Notes: a model not told the origin generated them from the sequence alone. Positions 1 through 9,319 are shown, counted from the stretch's first letter. The stretch is DNA of 64,000 nt from Candidatus Thorarchaeota archaeon (GCA_046482545.1 JAWOEX010000035.1:160001-224000); one strand, 5' to 3'. Program-made: numbers and translations.

Positions 1-2
1 CC

Positions 3-164
3 CGTACATCATCTGATTTTTTCAAAGCTATACCAAAAAACCAACAGAGTGTAACCTGTCCCGATTGTGGATTATCGTTCCGTGTGTCTAGCGCAACTAG
101 ATTCGGACAGAACGTTGTTTTATGCCCGGTATGCAGTGCAAGGCTCCGTATTAACAAATCATAG
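3..164 (+). CDS. 3' end of a protein with a C-terminal zinc ribbon (partial)
   Basis: Open frame from the window edge: ...VTCPDCGLSFRVSSATRFGQNVVLCPVCSARLRINKS*, two CxxC pairs. Confidence 0.6.
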   Translation, partial: RTSSDFFKAIPKNQQSVTCPDCGLSFRVSSATRFGQNVVLCPVCSARLRINKS

Positions 165-252
165 GATAGGTTATCCTACTATTTCTGATGAACTTTATTA
201 TTTGTTTCTCCAGTGAATAGCATTGAGAATTTGCAACAGAAAAGGATGGGTT

Positions 253-399
253 TGGCGCTGGGAGGGGGATATTCGGAATCTACCAGAAGGTAGACACCTT
301 TCGAACCCCCGCGTGCTTAAGCACACCAGCTGTCAGCCCGCCTGCTTCGCGTGAAGGCGATTAGCAGGCTGGCTCCATACCAGGCTAGGAGATCCCAGC
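253..399 (-). tRNA. tRNA-Ser(GCT) with two introns (37/38 at 332-361; 59/60 at 270-299)
   Basis: Acceptor GCTGGGA/TCCCAGC+GCCA, anticodon arm CCAGC-CTGCTA|A-GCTGG, long variable arm, T arm GGGGG-TTCGAA|T-CCCCC; removing two 30-nt introns leaves 87 nt. Confidence 0.92.
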
Positions 400-541
400 T
401 TGCTTATGTAGCGGAAGCCGTGGTACATCTTCTCTCGCTTATTGTCTTTCTCTTAAACATTACCGTAGGAAGCTTTCTGTCTACAAACTATGTTAAGGAA
501 AAAAGGAACGACCCAATCAATGATTTATGCTGCAAATAGGT

Positions 542-852
542 GCAGTGGCCCCCACCTTTCGGATGTCCCGTCGCAGATGACCCTTTCGCTGCGTTCCTCA
601 AAGCAGCTACCTCCGGGGCTCTACTGCTCCCCCTTAGGGCTGTTCCCGCCAGGGCCTGACCCGTTTCGGGGGTCTAAGACAATCCCATTGGTCCTACGAC
701 CAATGATATGCCCGTTGCAGACTCCGAAGACTGCTCATCAACGTCACACGACGAACGTCAGCTGAAACGGGGTTCATCCTCATACATGGGTTACTGGCAC
801 CACTATAGCCGTGTGGTCATGGTCGCGGCTAACGACCTGCCCTACCCACTGC
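542..852 (-). ncRNA. ffs: Signal recognition particle (7S) RNA
   Basis: About 310 nt with paired ends (GCAGTGG/CCACTGC), helix 6 CATTGGTC-GTAG-GACCAATG with GNAG loop, helix 8 GGGT-CAGG-CCC-TGGC-GGG-AACA-GCCC. Confidence 0.88.
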
Positions 853-897
853 AGTTCCCAGCTAGTCGTAATTTGCCTAAAAATATTCAGGTACTCC

Positions 898-2679
898 CTA
901 GATAATGGCTCCAGCGTCTCTTTTGACTTGGATAATTTCTTTCAAAACCTCAATTTCGGTGGGGCGGAGGTCTTCCTTAAAGTCCCGCATGATAGCGTAG
1001 ATGTGTTCAATAGGCACATCAGTATAGAGTACGTCGTCCTTCTTTACTTGGCGGCCAATTGTTGGCCCGCGAATGGATACAGCTACCTCCATTCCGTCAG
1101 TAGCCTCATCTATGGTAATGCTTCGGTCCTGTATCTGGAGAACCTTCCCCACCCGATTTCCCTCCGTATCTATCAATGCTGTTTTGGGTTTAAGCAAACC
1201 ATGCACTGTTACACCAACTATAGCTGGGCTACTCATCCTGAAAACGTAGTCAGGCATCAACTCAAGCTTGGCCGGTCTGATGATGGCCTCCAGTGATTCT
1301 GCCTTGGCTTGCTCTTCCTTCAGAATAGTCCACGCGTTGTACTCATCATACAGGCGATAGATTACATTATTCCTGAACACCTCAACCCCATACTCGGCTG
1401 CTAAATCTTCTATCCCTGGTGCGAAATCAACATTGAAACCAAGTATCACAGCGTTGAGTGGGTCCTTTTCACCTGCCGCCTTTGCCTCTATCACATCACG
1501 CTTCACTATCGGCCCAACATCGGCTATCCTTACTGATGCTTTTCGTTCCTGAAGGTACTGTGTCACAGCTTCTAATGAACCAAGAGTGTCCGCCTTCAGT
1601 ACTATTCCGGACTTATCAGTCTTGATTCTTATTTCACCTATCTCTTCTCGTACCCTCTTCTTGATCTCCTCGATAGACTCTTTGTTCTGAACACCATACA
1701 CAGGTGCGCCAGCTACTGCCTTCTCTACATCCGGGGCTACTATCTTCACACCCGCTGCAGCATGCACTTCTGATACATGGGCGAACTTCTCCTTGGGATC
1801 GCGAATCTCGTCGAGTTCCTTCGGCTGCAATAATGTACGAACCTTAGCGACCATCACATCGTCAAGGCCTCCAACTACCACTATATCTGATTCTCTCAAT
1901 ACGCCATCGTATATTATCGTGTCAAGGGTTAGTCCCAATCCAGTTTCTTCTCTTACTTCCAATATGGCTCCTTTCGCAGGCCCCTCACTTACTGTTAATC
2001 GCTCTTTCAAGTACTGTTGAGTCAATCCGGCAAGCACCATAAGCAGTTCCGGTATTCCCTCACCTGTTTCAGCACTTGTGGGTACGATTGCAACGCTCTT
2101 CTGGAAGCTCTTTACACGATCGAAACGTTCGGAGAGAATATCATTGGCGGAAAGAGCTCCCACTATTTCATAGATTCGCCTATCAATTTCTGATTGTGTC
2201 ACCTTGCTTTGCGATTTGATTGCCTTTATGAGGCTCATATCTGGTTTTGACTTCCAACCTGGTATTTTATCCAGCTTATTTGCTGCTACCAAAAATGGGG
2301 TTTTTCCGGAGCGGAGAATTCTCAATGATTCATAGGTTTGTGTCAGGGGGCCTTCTGTTATGTCAACAACGAGAATAGCGATATCTGCTATAGCCCCTCC
2401 CCTTCTCCGCAGATTCAGATATGCTTCGTGACCTGGGGTGTCGATGAAAAGCAGACCATCGATTGTGAGACGCCTTTCCAGACGCTGTAGCAAATCTCCA
2501 CACACTTGCTCGATTGTCTCTGTTGGGAAGAATGAAGCACCAATGTGTTGTGTAATCCCAGCAGCTTCCCTACTCTGGACTGCTGTCCCTCGCATCTTGT
2601 CCAAAAGCGACGTTTTCCCATGATCAATATGTCCTAGGAGTGTGACAATTGGCGAGCGCAATCTTGGATTCTGTGACAT
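898..2679 (-). CDS. infB: Translation initiation factor aIF5B/IF-2
   Basis: LRSPIVTLLGHIDHGKTSLLD, GITQHIGA, DTPGHEAY, NKLD, KADTLGSLEA; ATG (MSQNP) preceded by GAGGTG. Confidence 0.97.
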   Translation of the reverse strand: MSQNPRLRSPIVTLLGHIDHGKTSLLDKMRGTAVQSREAAGITQHIGASFFPTETIEQVCGDLLQRLERRLTIDGLLFIDTPGHEAYLNLRRRGGAIADIAILVVDITEGPLTQTYESLRILRSGKTPFLVAANKLDKIPGWKSKPDMSLIKAIKSQSKVTQSEIDRRIYEIVGALSANDILSERFDRVKSFQKSVAIVPTSAETGEGIPELLMVLAGLTQQYLKERLTVSEGPAKGAILEVREETGLGLTLDTIIYDGVLRESDIVVVGGLDDVMVAKVRTLLQPKELDEIRDPKEKFAHVSEVHAAAGVKIVAPDVEKAVAGAPVYGVQNKESIEEIKKRVREEIGEIRIKTDKSGIVLKADTLGSLEAVTQYLQERKASVRIADVGPIVKRDVIEAKAAGEKDPLNAVILGFNVDFAPGIEDLAAEYGVEVFRNNVIYRLYDEYNAWTILKEEQAKAESLEAIIRPAKLELMPDYVFRMSSPAIVGVTVHGLLKPKTALIDTEGNRVGKVLQIQDRSITIDEATDGMEVAVSIRGPTIGRQVKKDDVLYTDVPIEHIYAIMRDFKEDLRPTEIEVLKEIIQVKRDAGAII

Positions 2680-2837
2680 TGGTGCGCACCTCACAACTAG
2701 CTAAAGAATGCCTTCAATGTTTGCTTTTGAAATTGTCGTTAGTAGTGGTTAGATTATGATTTGTGTGGTTGTCATAACCCTAAAATACGGTACTCTCTGT
2801 CGGTCTCAAATACGTACGGTCAGGATTGAAGGTCAAT

Positions 2838-3494
2838 ATGGAACGTTCGTTGGTATTAATCAAACCGGATGGAACTGTTAGGCGGGCTGCTGGTGCCGCA
2901 GTACTTGAGAGGCTCCTCAACAAGGGCTATAACATCAAAGCATTCAAGGAGATGAAGGTTCCAGAATCTCTGGCAAAAGCCCATTATGCTATCCATAGTA
3001 AGAAACCATTCTTCCCTTGGCTTGTTGACTTCATTACCTCTGCGCCCATTTTGACTATGATTTTAGAAGGTGAGAATGCGATTCAGGGCATTCGAGACGA
3101 ACTAGGGGCCACCTTTGTACAAGAAGCCGATGCAGATAGCCTACGGGGGAAATACGGCATTTGGGCTGGAATTAATCTCGCTCATGCTTCCGATAGCCCA
3201 GAAACAGCTGAAAACGAGATTGAGCTATGGAAAGAACAAGGTGGATTAACAGAATCGGAAGAAGCTCAACAGAAGGCGTTGAACTATATCGAGAAATACG
3301 ATTCTATGGATGAGCATACAACTAGTCTCCGAAATGTAGTGAAGAATGCAATAGAGAATGGAGAAGTCTCAGCCGAACTTACGACTGTCATCGAGCGCAT
3401 TCTCACGAAAGATGCCAAAAATATTGCCAAAAGCGATATTCAGGCTTTGAGCGTTACAATCCACGATTTAATACTTGAAGAAGTAGAGAAATAG
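2838..3494 (+). CDS. ndk: Nucleoside diphosphate kinase with C-terminal extension
   Basis: ERSLVLIKPDG, HY..H..KPFF, LGAT, SLRG, INLAHASDS with catalytic His; about 80 extra C-terminal residues. Confidence 0.9.
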   Translation: MERSLVLIKPDGTVRRAAGAAVLERLLNKGYNIKAFKEMKVPESLAKAHYAIHSKKPFFPWLVDFITSAPILTMILEGENAIQGIRDELGATFVQEADADSLRGKYGIWAGINLAHASDSPETAENEIELWKEQGGLTESEEAQQKALNYIEKYDSMDEHTTSLRNVVKNAIENGEVSAELTTVIERILTKDAKNIAKSDIQALSVTIHDLILEEVEK

Positions 3495-3513
3495 AATCCC
3501 GGAGTGGCACTTG

Positions 3514-3714
3514 TCACTCCTCAGCCTTTTTACCCTTTTCAAACTCATTGGTCCACTTTGTTACTCTGGGCTTCATTCCTTTTTTCAACATGCTTACCTT
3601 GCATTTCTTTGAACAGAACCAAAGAAGGGTTCCATCTTTTGTTCTGACATATGCGGATCCCGTTCCTGGTTCAATATCTTTTCCGCAAAAGATACACTTC
3701 TTGGTACCAACCAA
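3514..3714 (-). CDS. rpl24e: 50S ribosomal protein L24e
   Basis: CIFCGKDIEPGTG...FCSKKC, PR..KWT. Confidence 0.96.
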   Translation of the reverse strand: MVGTKKCIFCGKDIEPGTGSAYVRTKDGTLLWFCSKKCKVSMLKKGMKPRVTKWTNEFEKGKKAEE

Positions 3715-3716
3715 AC

Positions 3717-3944
3717 TTAACGCCTCCTCATCTTGCGGGCTTCCCGTTCTGTTTCTCGCAGAATAAGTATATCTCCTTGCCTAACAGGACCCTTTACATT
3801 CCGTGTCAATACTCGCCCCTTGTCCCGCCCCTCCAGTATCTTTACGCGAACTTGGGTTATCTCCCCGGTGACTCCTGTTCGTCCCAGTAGCTGTATGACT
3901 TCAGCCGGTATGGCTGGAGTACTGTTGTCTTTGTCATTACTCAT
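3717..3944 (-). CDS. rps28e: 30S ribosomal protein S28e
   Basis: [35 protein letters not shown]. Confidence 0.97.
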   Translation of the reverse strand: MSNDKDNSTPAIPAEVIQLLGRTGVTGEITQVRVKILEGRDKGRVLTRNVKGPVRQGDILILRETEREARKMRRR

Positions 3945-3971
3945 TTGAACCTATCACCTGAAATAACAGTT

Positions 3972-4343
3972 CTATTTACGGAGTGCAGCTATTTTATCTA
4001 CAATATCCGATACTAAATCCTTCGCTTTCCCTTCGACAAGAATTGAAGCAGCAGAAGTGGGTCTCTCGATACCAGCTGCTTCGCCAAGATTGTTCTTGCT
4101 ATTGACAAATATGTACGGGACTTTCTTATCATCACAAAGGCCGGGTAGGAACATAATGATTTCTGGTGGATCGACATCTTCAGCAATCAGAACCAGTTTA
4201 GCTATCGCTCGTTCCACAGTCTTGGTTGTCTCATTCACACCCTTCTTAATTCGGCCAGTCTCTCTAGCTATTTCTAGGGCTTCTAGTGCTCTCTTTTCAA
4301 TTTCTTCAGTTGCTTCCCATTCAACAAAACTTGGTTTTGGCAT
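3972..4343 (-). CDS. rpl7ae: 50S ribosomal protein L7Ae
   Basis: GRIKKGVNETTKTVER, LVLIAEDVDPPEI, LGEAAGI. Confidence 0.97.
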   Translation of the reverse strand: MPKPSFVEWEATEEIEKRALEALEIARETGRIKKGVNETTKTVERAIAKLVLIAEDVDPPEIIMFLPGLCDDKKVPYIFVNSKNNLGEAAGIERPTSAASILVEGKAKDLVSDIVDKIAALRK

Positions 4344-4349
4344 TATTTC

Positions 4350-4376
4350 ATACCTCTGTTTTCACTTCATTGGCAT
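4350..4376 (-). promoter_or_regulatory. K-turn/K-loop in the rpl7ae 5' UTR overlapping the Shine-Dalgarno sequence
   Basis: Minus strand ATGCC-AAT-GA-AG-TGAAAA-CA-GA-GGTAT: C-stem, 3-nt bulge, tandem G.A pairs; GAGGT lies inside. Confidence 0.7.
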
Positions 4377-4448
4377 TGTGTGCTTAATGATAGGCGGGCT
4401 CTAATTGGCCTGCTGTCAACTTCTTTTAAAAGTGTCGAAGCATGATAG

Positions 4449-5444
4449 CTAGCAGTATGCTAGCTCCTTCAACGCGCATCTGATTTGACTATTTTGTGTA
4501 TTTAGATGTTCCAGTATGGAATATCTTCCCCGCTTTTTCATAATCCGCTGTGCGTGATGGATGTCATCTAGAAGAAGATTCATGCTTAGATTCAACTCTT
4601 CAAGCGTGGATGGAAGACCATTTTCTTTCAAGAATCTCTGTACTTGTATAGCATCATATTTGGTATATCCTGTTCTCTCAAGGAAGTGGATATTCAACGG
4701 GGTTGCAAATGCTACTTGGAGGCCATGCAGCGTGTGTTTTCGCCTATCCATTGCATGAGAAATGGCATGCTCCGTACCTGAACATGGCCTTGAACTGTCG
4801 AACATACTCATCGCTTTCCCGCACTGCACCTCCGCCCTTACCAAACTCTCTGTATCCGTATTTTCCATGATGAGGTGGAGTGCCTTGTCAACTGTAGCGT
4901 ATATTTCCTCATCGAAATCCTCAATACTCTCTTCGCTTGCAAGCCTCCATTCTGGAAGACTAGAAGCTTTACTGACAATATCTCCTAGACCTGCCAGTCT
5001 CAGTTTTGCCGGTGCTTCATCAATGATTGAAAGGTCAGCTATCACTACCCTAGGGGCTTTACATTTCTTTGAATAACGATACCCATTTTGTATAATCGAT
5101 GCTACATTACTTGCAATGCCATCATGTGAAGCAGCAGTAGGGACCGATATCCAATCTAACCCACTGTCCTTCGCCATGAGTTTGGCCACATCGATGCTCC
5201 TTCCCCCTCCAAATCCAATTATAATGTCCTGATTGGTGAGATCTTGCTGCTCCCCAGCATGATAATCTCCTGCCAACTGCCAAACCATCTCTTTTCCTGT
5301 ATGCTTCAGCAATTGCTGTTGATAATGTGAGAAGATATACTCGTCAGTAGCCACAATAGGGTGCTCATAATCGCTAAGGATGCTACCTAATCTTCTTAGG
5401 GCTCCTTCTGCTATTATGACCTCCTTGGACACTATAGGTGACAT
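4449..5444 (-). CDS. egsA: sn-glycerol-1-phosphate dehydrogenase
   Basis: GFGGGRSIDVAK, SVPTAASHDGIAS, SRPCSGTEHAISHAMD, HGLQVA. Confidence 0.88.
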   Translation of the reverse strand: MSPIVSKEVIIAEGALRRLGSILSDYEHPIVATDEYIFSHYQQQLLKHTGKEMVWQLAGDYHAGEQQDLTNQDIIIGFGGGRSIDVAKLMAKDSGLDWISVPTAASHDGIASNVASIIQNGYRYSKKCKAPRVVIADLSIIDEAPAKLRLAGLGDIVSKASSLPEWRLASEESIEDFDEEIYATVDKALHLIMENTDTESLVRAEVQCGKAMSMFDSSRPCSGTEHAISHAMDRRKHTLHGLQVAFATPLNIHFLERTGYTKYDAIQVQRFLKENGLPSTLEELNLSMNLLLDDIHHAQRIMKKRGRYSILEHLNTQNSQIRCALKELAYC

Positions 5445-5646
5445 GATATCTACTCCCGGGTTCACATTTGTCCTGCTTGTTAAGCTCTTCTATGACGCAC
5501 GAAATCTAGTATCCACAATCTGTCTTTTCGCTATTCTTAAGTACCGGCCAAGAACGCCACCATTCAACCACGAGTCAGTGTTATCTGTGAAACACATCAG
5601 CTGATATGTCTGAGGTCGAACAGAGAGAATACCGGAGTATATCTGT

Positions 5647-6147
5647 ATGACACGATATGTCAAGGTAGCATTAATGGGATCCGGATACGCGGGTAAATCA
5701 ACTCTTATTCGGCTTCTTACCGATAACAATACGCAGAAATTGGACTCCAACTACAAACCTACCGCCGGCATGGACTGTGGCACAATCACTCTTGACAGCA
5801 CTACAAAAGTAACCTTAGTTGAAATGGGTGGCCAAAAACATTTCGAGTTTATGTGGCCGGAATTTATGCAAGGGAGTCGGCTTGTCGTCGTTGTTACAGA
5901 GAGTAATCCAAAAGCAGTATTGAAAACGAGGCAGTTGTTACACAAATACAATGATTTACTCTGCGATAAGCAGGTCATAGCAATAGCAAACAAACAAGAC
6001 CTTCCGGATGCTATGCGACCAGAGTCAGTAGAAGATTTACTCGATGTTCCAACGTATGGAATGGTAGCAATCGATCCGAAACAAAGGCTGCACGGTTACA
6101 AATTGCTCGTTCGCGGTCTAAAAGGCATGGTCCAGATTGCTGCATGA
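5647..6147 (+). CDS. Small Ras-superfamily (Arf-like) GTPase
   Basis: G1 GSGYAGKST, G2 PT, G3 EMGGQ, G4 ANKQD. Confidence 0.85.
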   Translation: MTRYVKVALMGSGYAGKSTLIRLLTDNNTQKLDSNYKPTAGMDCGTITLDSTTKVTLVEMGGQKHFEFMWPEFMQGSRLVVVVTESNPKAVLKTRQLLHKYNDLLCDKQVIAIANKQDLPDAMRPESVEDLLDVPTYGMVAIDPKQRLHGYKLLVRGLKGMVQIAA

Positions 6148-6225
6148 GCGTAGAAACGATATCTGATTCCCTCTCAATTCGCCTTAGGACAATCCTTTTA
6201 TATATCTCAATTCGAGGCAACACTA

Positions 6226-6284
6226 CCCAGGACACGGGCGAGTGAGCCGTTGATTACTCAACGAATTCGGCGAGTCCGTCCGGG
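6226..6284 (+). promoter_or_regulatory. Structured leader upstream of rpoD with a K-turn-like motif
   Basis: ACGGGC-GAGT-GA-GCCG pairs with CGGC-GA-GTCCGT; TATA-like TTTATATA near 6197. Confidence 0.45.
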
Positions 6285-6328
6285 ATGTTGTCTTTTGGGT
6301 AGCAATTTCACCACGGCAAGGTGTAATA

Positions 6329-7129
6329 ATGGAACTTACGATAATCGACAAGCAGCCGGATAAGATTCAGTTCCTAGTCGAAGGCACAAGTGCTGCATTC
6401 GCTAATGCATTGCGACGAACCATGCTCATGAGAGTCCCAGCCATGGCGATAGACGAGGTGCTCATTCTCGAGAATACAAGTGTAATGTACGACGAGATGC
6501 TTGCACATCGTTTGGGCCTTGTTCCCCTAGTCACGGATTTGGAGGCCTATAACCTTCCGGAAGAATGTGATTGCGAGGGGAAGGGTTGTAGTCTTTGTCA
6601 ATGCACTCTGACTCTTGAAAAAGAGGCTGTAGACGAAGAGATGATGATTTATTCTGGTGACCTTTCATCTCAGGATCTAGAAGTGGTTCCTGCATCTGAT
6701 GATATTCCACTTGTGAAGATTGCACCAAATCAGCGGTTGATTATTGAAGCATATGCGCGACTGGGCATGGGGCAAGAGAATGCAAAATTCCAGCCTGTTG
6801 CTACGGTTGCGTACAAGTATGTTCCTGTGGTTAGTGTGGACAAGTCAAAGTGTGAGATGTGTGGAGATTGCGTAGATATCTGTCCAAAGAACATCCTTGT
6901 CATTGAAGATGACACAATTGCTACGCAGAATACACTTGACTGCAGTCTTTGTGAAGCTTGCATGAAGGTCTGTGAACCTGATGCAATACGAATTGAATCA
7001 AAGAGCGGCAGCTTCCTATTTACGGTTGAGTCTTCGGGTGCTCTACCACCCGAGAAGATTATCGAAGCTGCGACTGACATACTGAAAGAAAGAATAGGTG
7101 TCGCTCTTGACTACGCCAATTCATTATGA
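6329..7129 (+). CDS. rpoD: RNA polymerase subunit D (Rpo3) with ferredoxin-like Fe-S domain
   Basis: ANALRRTML..VP..AIDEV, ENTSVMYDEMLAHRLGLVPL, two CxxCxxCxxxC motifs. Confidence 0.96.
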   Translation: MELTIIDKQPDKIQFLVEGTSAAFANALRRTMLMRVPAMAIDEVLILENTSVMYDEMLAHRLGLVPLVTDLEAYNLPEECDCEGKGCSLCQCTLTLEKEAVDEEMMIYSGDLSSQDLEVVPASDDIPLVKIAPNQRLIIEAYARLGMGQENAKFQPVATVAYKYVPVVSVDKSKCEMCGDCVDICPKNILVIEDDTIATQNTLDCSLCEACMKVCEPDAIRIESKSGSFLFTVESSGALPPEKIIEAATDILKERIGVALDYANSL

Positions 7130-7140
7130 GGCGATTATCT

Positions 7141-7503
7141 ATGGTACGAACTGGACCGACTAATCCGAATACACGTGCACTCATCAATTCACTAAAGAAG
7201 ACCTCGACGAAGCATGATGTAGGGATATGGAAAAGAGTAGCAGAATTAGTATCCCGCCCAGCAAGGAAGCGCCCAGTTGTCAATATTGGCAAAATAAATC
7301 GCCATACCGAAGAAGGCGATATTGTGGTCATCCCAGGGAAGGTCCTAGGGTCTGGCGTGCTCGGGCATAAGGTAACCATAGCCGCTCTCAATACTTCGAA
7401 GAGTGCCGCATCACTCATCACAGGAGCTGGAGCAACCCTCATCACAATCGAAGAGCTGCTAGAGAACAATCCGAATGGATCCGATATCATTGTATTGACA
7501 TAG
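7141..7503 (+). CDS. rpl18e: 50S ribosomal protein L18e
   Basis: TNP, IWKRVAE..SRP.R.R..VNIGKINR, VVIPGKVLGSG. Confidence 0.95.
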   Translation: MVRTGPTNPNTRALINSLKKTSTKHDVGIWKRVAELVSRPARKRPVVNIGKINRHTEEGDIVVIPGKVLGSGVLGHKVTIAALNTSKSAASLITGAGATLITIEELLENNPNGSDIIVLT

Positions 7504-7510
7504 GAGATTA

Positions 7511-7963
7511 ATGATTATGAGTTCAGTCAAAATTTACAACGCGGATCACATGGTTGTCGGGAGATTAGCTTCGAAGGTAGCAAAGGCAGCCTTAATGGGT
7601 GAAGAGATAGTTATAGTTAATGCTGAGAAAGCGGTAATAACGGGAAACAGAGAATCTGTTATTCGTGCTTTCAAAGACAAACACAAAATCAAGACCTCGT
7701 ATAATCCTAAAAGAGGGCCATTTCATCATCGGCGCCCTGATAAACTGGTACGGCAAGTTATTCGTGGTATGCTTCCTTGGCCAAAGCCACGAGGAAAGCA
7801 AGCATTCAAACGAATCAAAGTATTCATTGGCGTACCCCGAAAATATGAAGAAAAGGAGAAGATTGTACTGGAAAGCTCGCGCTATGACAGCCTCAGAAGG
7901 CGATATATAACGGTCGGAGATTTGAGTCAGGAGTTAGGCTGGCGTAATATGGAGGTCGTATAG
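7511..7963 (+). CDS. rpl13: 50S ribosomal protein L13
   Basis: VGRLASKVAK, VNAEKAVITG, GPFH.RRPD, IRGMLP. Confidence 0.96.
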   Translation: MIMSSVKIYNADHMVVGRLASKVAKAALMGEEIVIVNAEKAVITGNRESVIRAFKDKHKIKTSYNPKRGPFHHRRPDKLVRQVIRGMLPWPKPRGKQAFKRIKVFIGVPRKYEEKEKIVLESSRYDSLRRRYITVGDLSQELGWRNMEVV

Positions 7964-7964
7964 A

Positions 7965-8363
7965 ATGCGTGTTGTTGTAACTGCTGGTAAGCGTAAGACA
8001 GCTATTGCAAAAGCAACAGTCAAAGATGGTAAAGGTAGAATCCGAATAAATGGCACACCCTTGCCCATCTACGAGCCGGAGGTTGCCAGACTTAGGATGA
8101 TGGAACCATTGCTTCTATTCGGCGATGGCTGGAGGAATTATGATGTCCGAGTACGTGTTAGCGGGGGTGGCTTCATGGGTCAAGCTGATGCTGTACGGAT
8201 GGCAATAGCCACCGGACTTGTACGAATGAGTCAGAATTTCGAAGCTCGCTCTCGGATGATTGAACATGACAGAACGATGATTGTAGGTGATCCTAGACGG
8301 ACTGAACCAAAGAAGTTTGGTGGCCCATCAGCTCGGAGTAGGTATCAGAAATCATACAGGTGA
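7965..8363 (+). CDS. rps9: 30S ribosomal protein S9
   Basis: [43 protein letters not shown]. Confidence 0.97.
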   Translation: MRVVVTAGKRKTAIAKATVKDGKGRIRINGTPLPIYEPEVARLRMMEPLLLFGDGWRNYDVRVRVSGGGFMGQADAVRMAIATGLVRMSQNFEARSRMIEHDRTMIVGDPRRTEPKKFGGPSARSRYQKSYR

Positions 8364-8371
8364 TATGCACG

Positions 8372-8584
8372 ATGATTATTCCCGTACGTTGCTTTACATG
8401 TGGAAAAGTAGTAGCTGATAAATACGAAGAGTTTAGGCGCAGAGTCAGACAAGGTGAAGATCCAGCGCAAGTGCTAGATGACCTAGGTCTCGAACGTTAC
8501 TGCTGCCGGCGAATGCTTCTCTCACATATTGATGTAATTGACAGCTTCATGGCTTTCGCCACAACCGAAGCGGAGAGTGCATAG
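8372..8584 (+). CDS. rpoN: RNA polymerase subunit N (Rpo10)
   Basis: [30 protein letters not shown]. Confidence 0.97.
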   Translation: MIIPVRCFTCGKVVADKYEEFRRRVRQGEDPAQVLDDLGLERYCCRRMLLSHIDVIDSFMAFATTEAESA

Positions 8585-8585
8585 A

Positions 8586-9245
8586 ATGAGCGAGGAAGAT
8601 GTAGCTTCGATAGATGTAACTGAAGTAGATTTGCTAACCTCTATGGACAAATACCTAGCTGCAGGCTGTCACATCGGAACACAGGTTAAGACCCAAGACA
8701 TGGAACCATTTGTCTATAGACAGCGTCCTATAGGGCTTTTTGTTCTTGATGTTCGTAAGACCGACGAAAGAATTAGGACCGCAGCCAAATTCATCTCTCG
8801 CTTCGAGGCTGAGAAAGTAGCTGTAGTCTCGGGGCGTGTTTACGGGAAACAACCAGTACAAACCTTCTCGTATTACATTGGGAGTCGTGAGTTTACTGAT
8901 AGGTTTGTGCCGGGCACGTTTACAAATCCAAACATTGCGACTGGCCCTCTAGAATATGTAGAACCCGAAGCAATAATCTTGACGGATCCTAGGACTGATA
9001 GACAAGCCCTTGATGAGGCCGGTAGAATCGGTGTACCCGTTATTGCACTCTGCGACACTGACAACTATACCCGCCATTTAGACTTCGTTATTCCCTGCAA
9101 CAATCGTGGGCGGAAGTCGCTTGCCCTAGTGTACTTCTTACTAACACGACAAGTACTACGAGAACGCGGAGACATACCACGCGATGAAGAAGTTATCTTC
9201 TCACCAGAGGACTTCGAACCAGAAATTCGAACTGCTTTTCTCTAG
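8586..9245 (+). CDS. rps2: 30S ribosomal protein S2
   Basis: YLAAGCHIGT, RFVPGTFTNP, DPR.D.QA..EA, IPCNNRGRKSLA. Confidence 0.97.
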   Translation: MSEEDVASIDVTEVDLLTSMDKYLAAGCHIGTQVKTQDMEPFVYRQRPIGLFVLDVRKTDERIRTAAKFISRFEAEKVAVVSGRVYGKQPVQTFSYYIGSREFTDRFVPGTFTNPNIATGPLEYVEPEAIILTDPRTDRQALDEAGRIGVPVIALCDTDNYTRHLDFVIPCNNRGRKSLALVYFLLTRQVLRERGDIPRDEEVIFSPEDFEPEIRTAFL

Positions 9246-9291
9246 TCGAACAACAGATATGCATTGCTGAACGCAAGAGAATTCAGATGAT

Positions 9292-9319
9292 TGGTGTCAG
9301 ATTCTGCCCTCTGACACCA
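9292..9319. terminator. 10-bp inverted repeat between convergent rps2 and the mevalonate cluster
   Basis: TGGTGTCAGA-ttctgccc-TCTGACACCA. Confidence 0.4.

Noticed and set aside
351-905. Plus-strand ORFs 351-539, 490-765 and 708-905
   Set aside because: Antisense to tRNA-Ser and SRP RNA; no protein motifs
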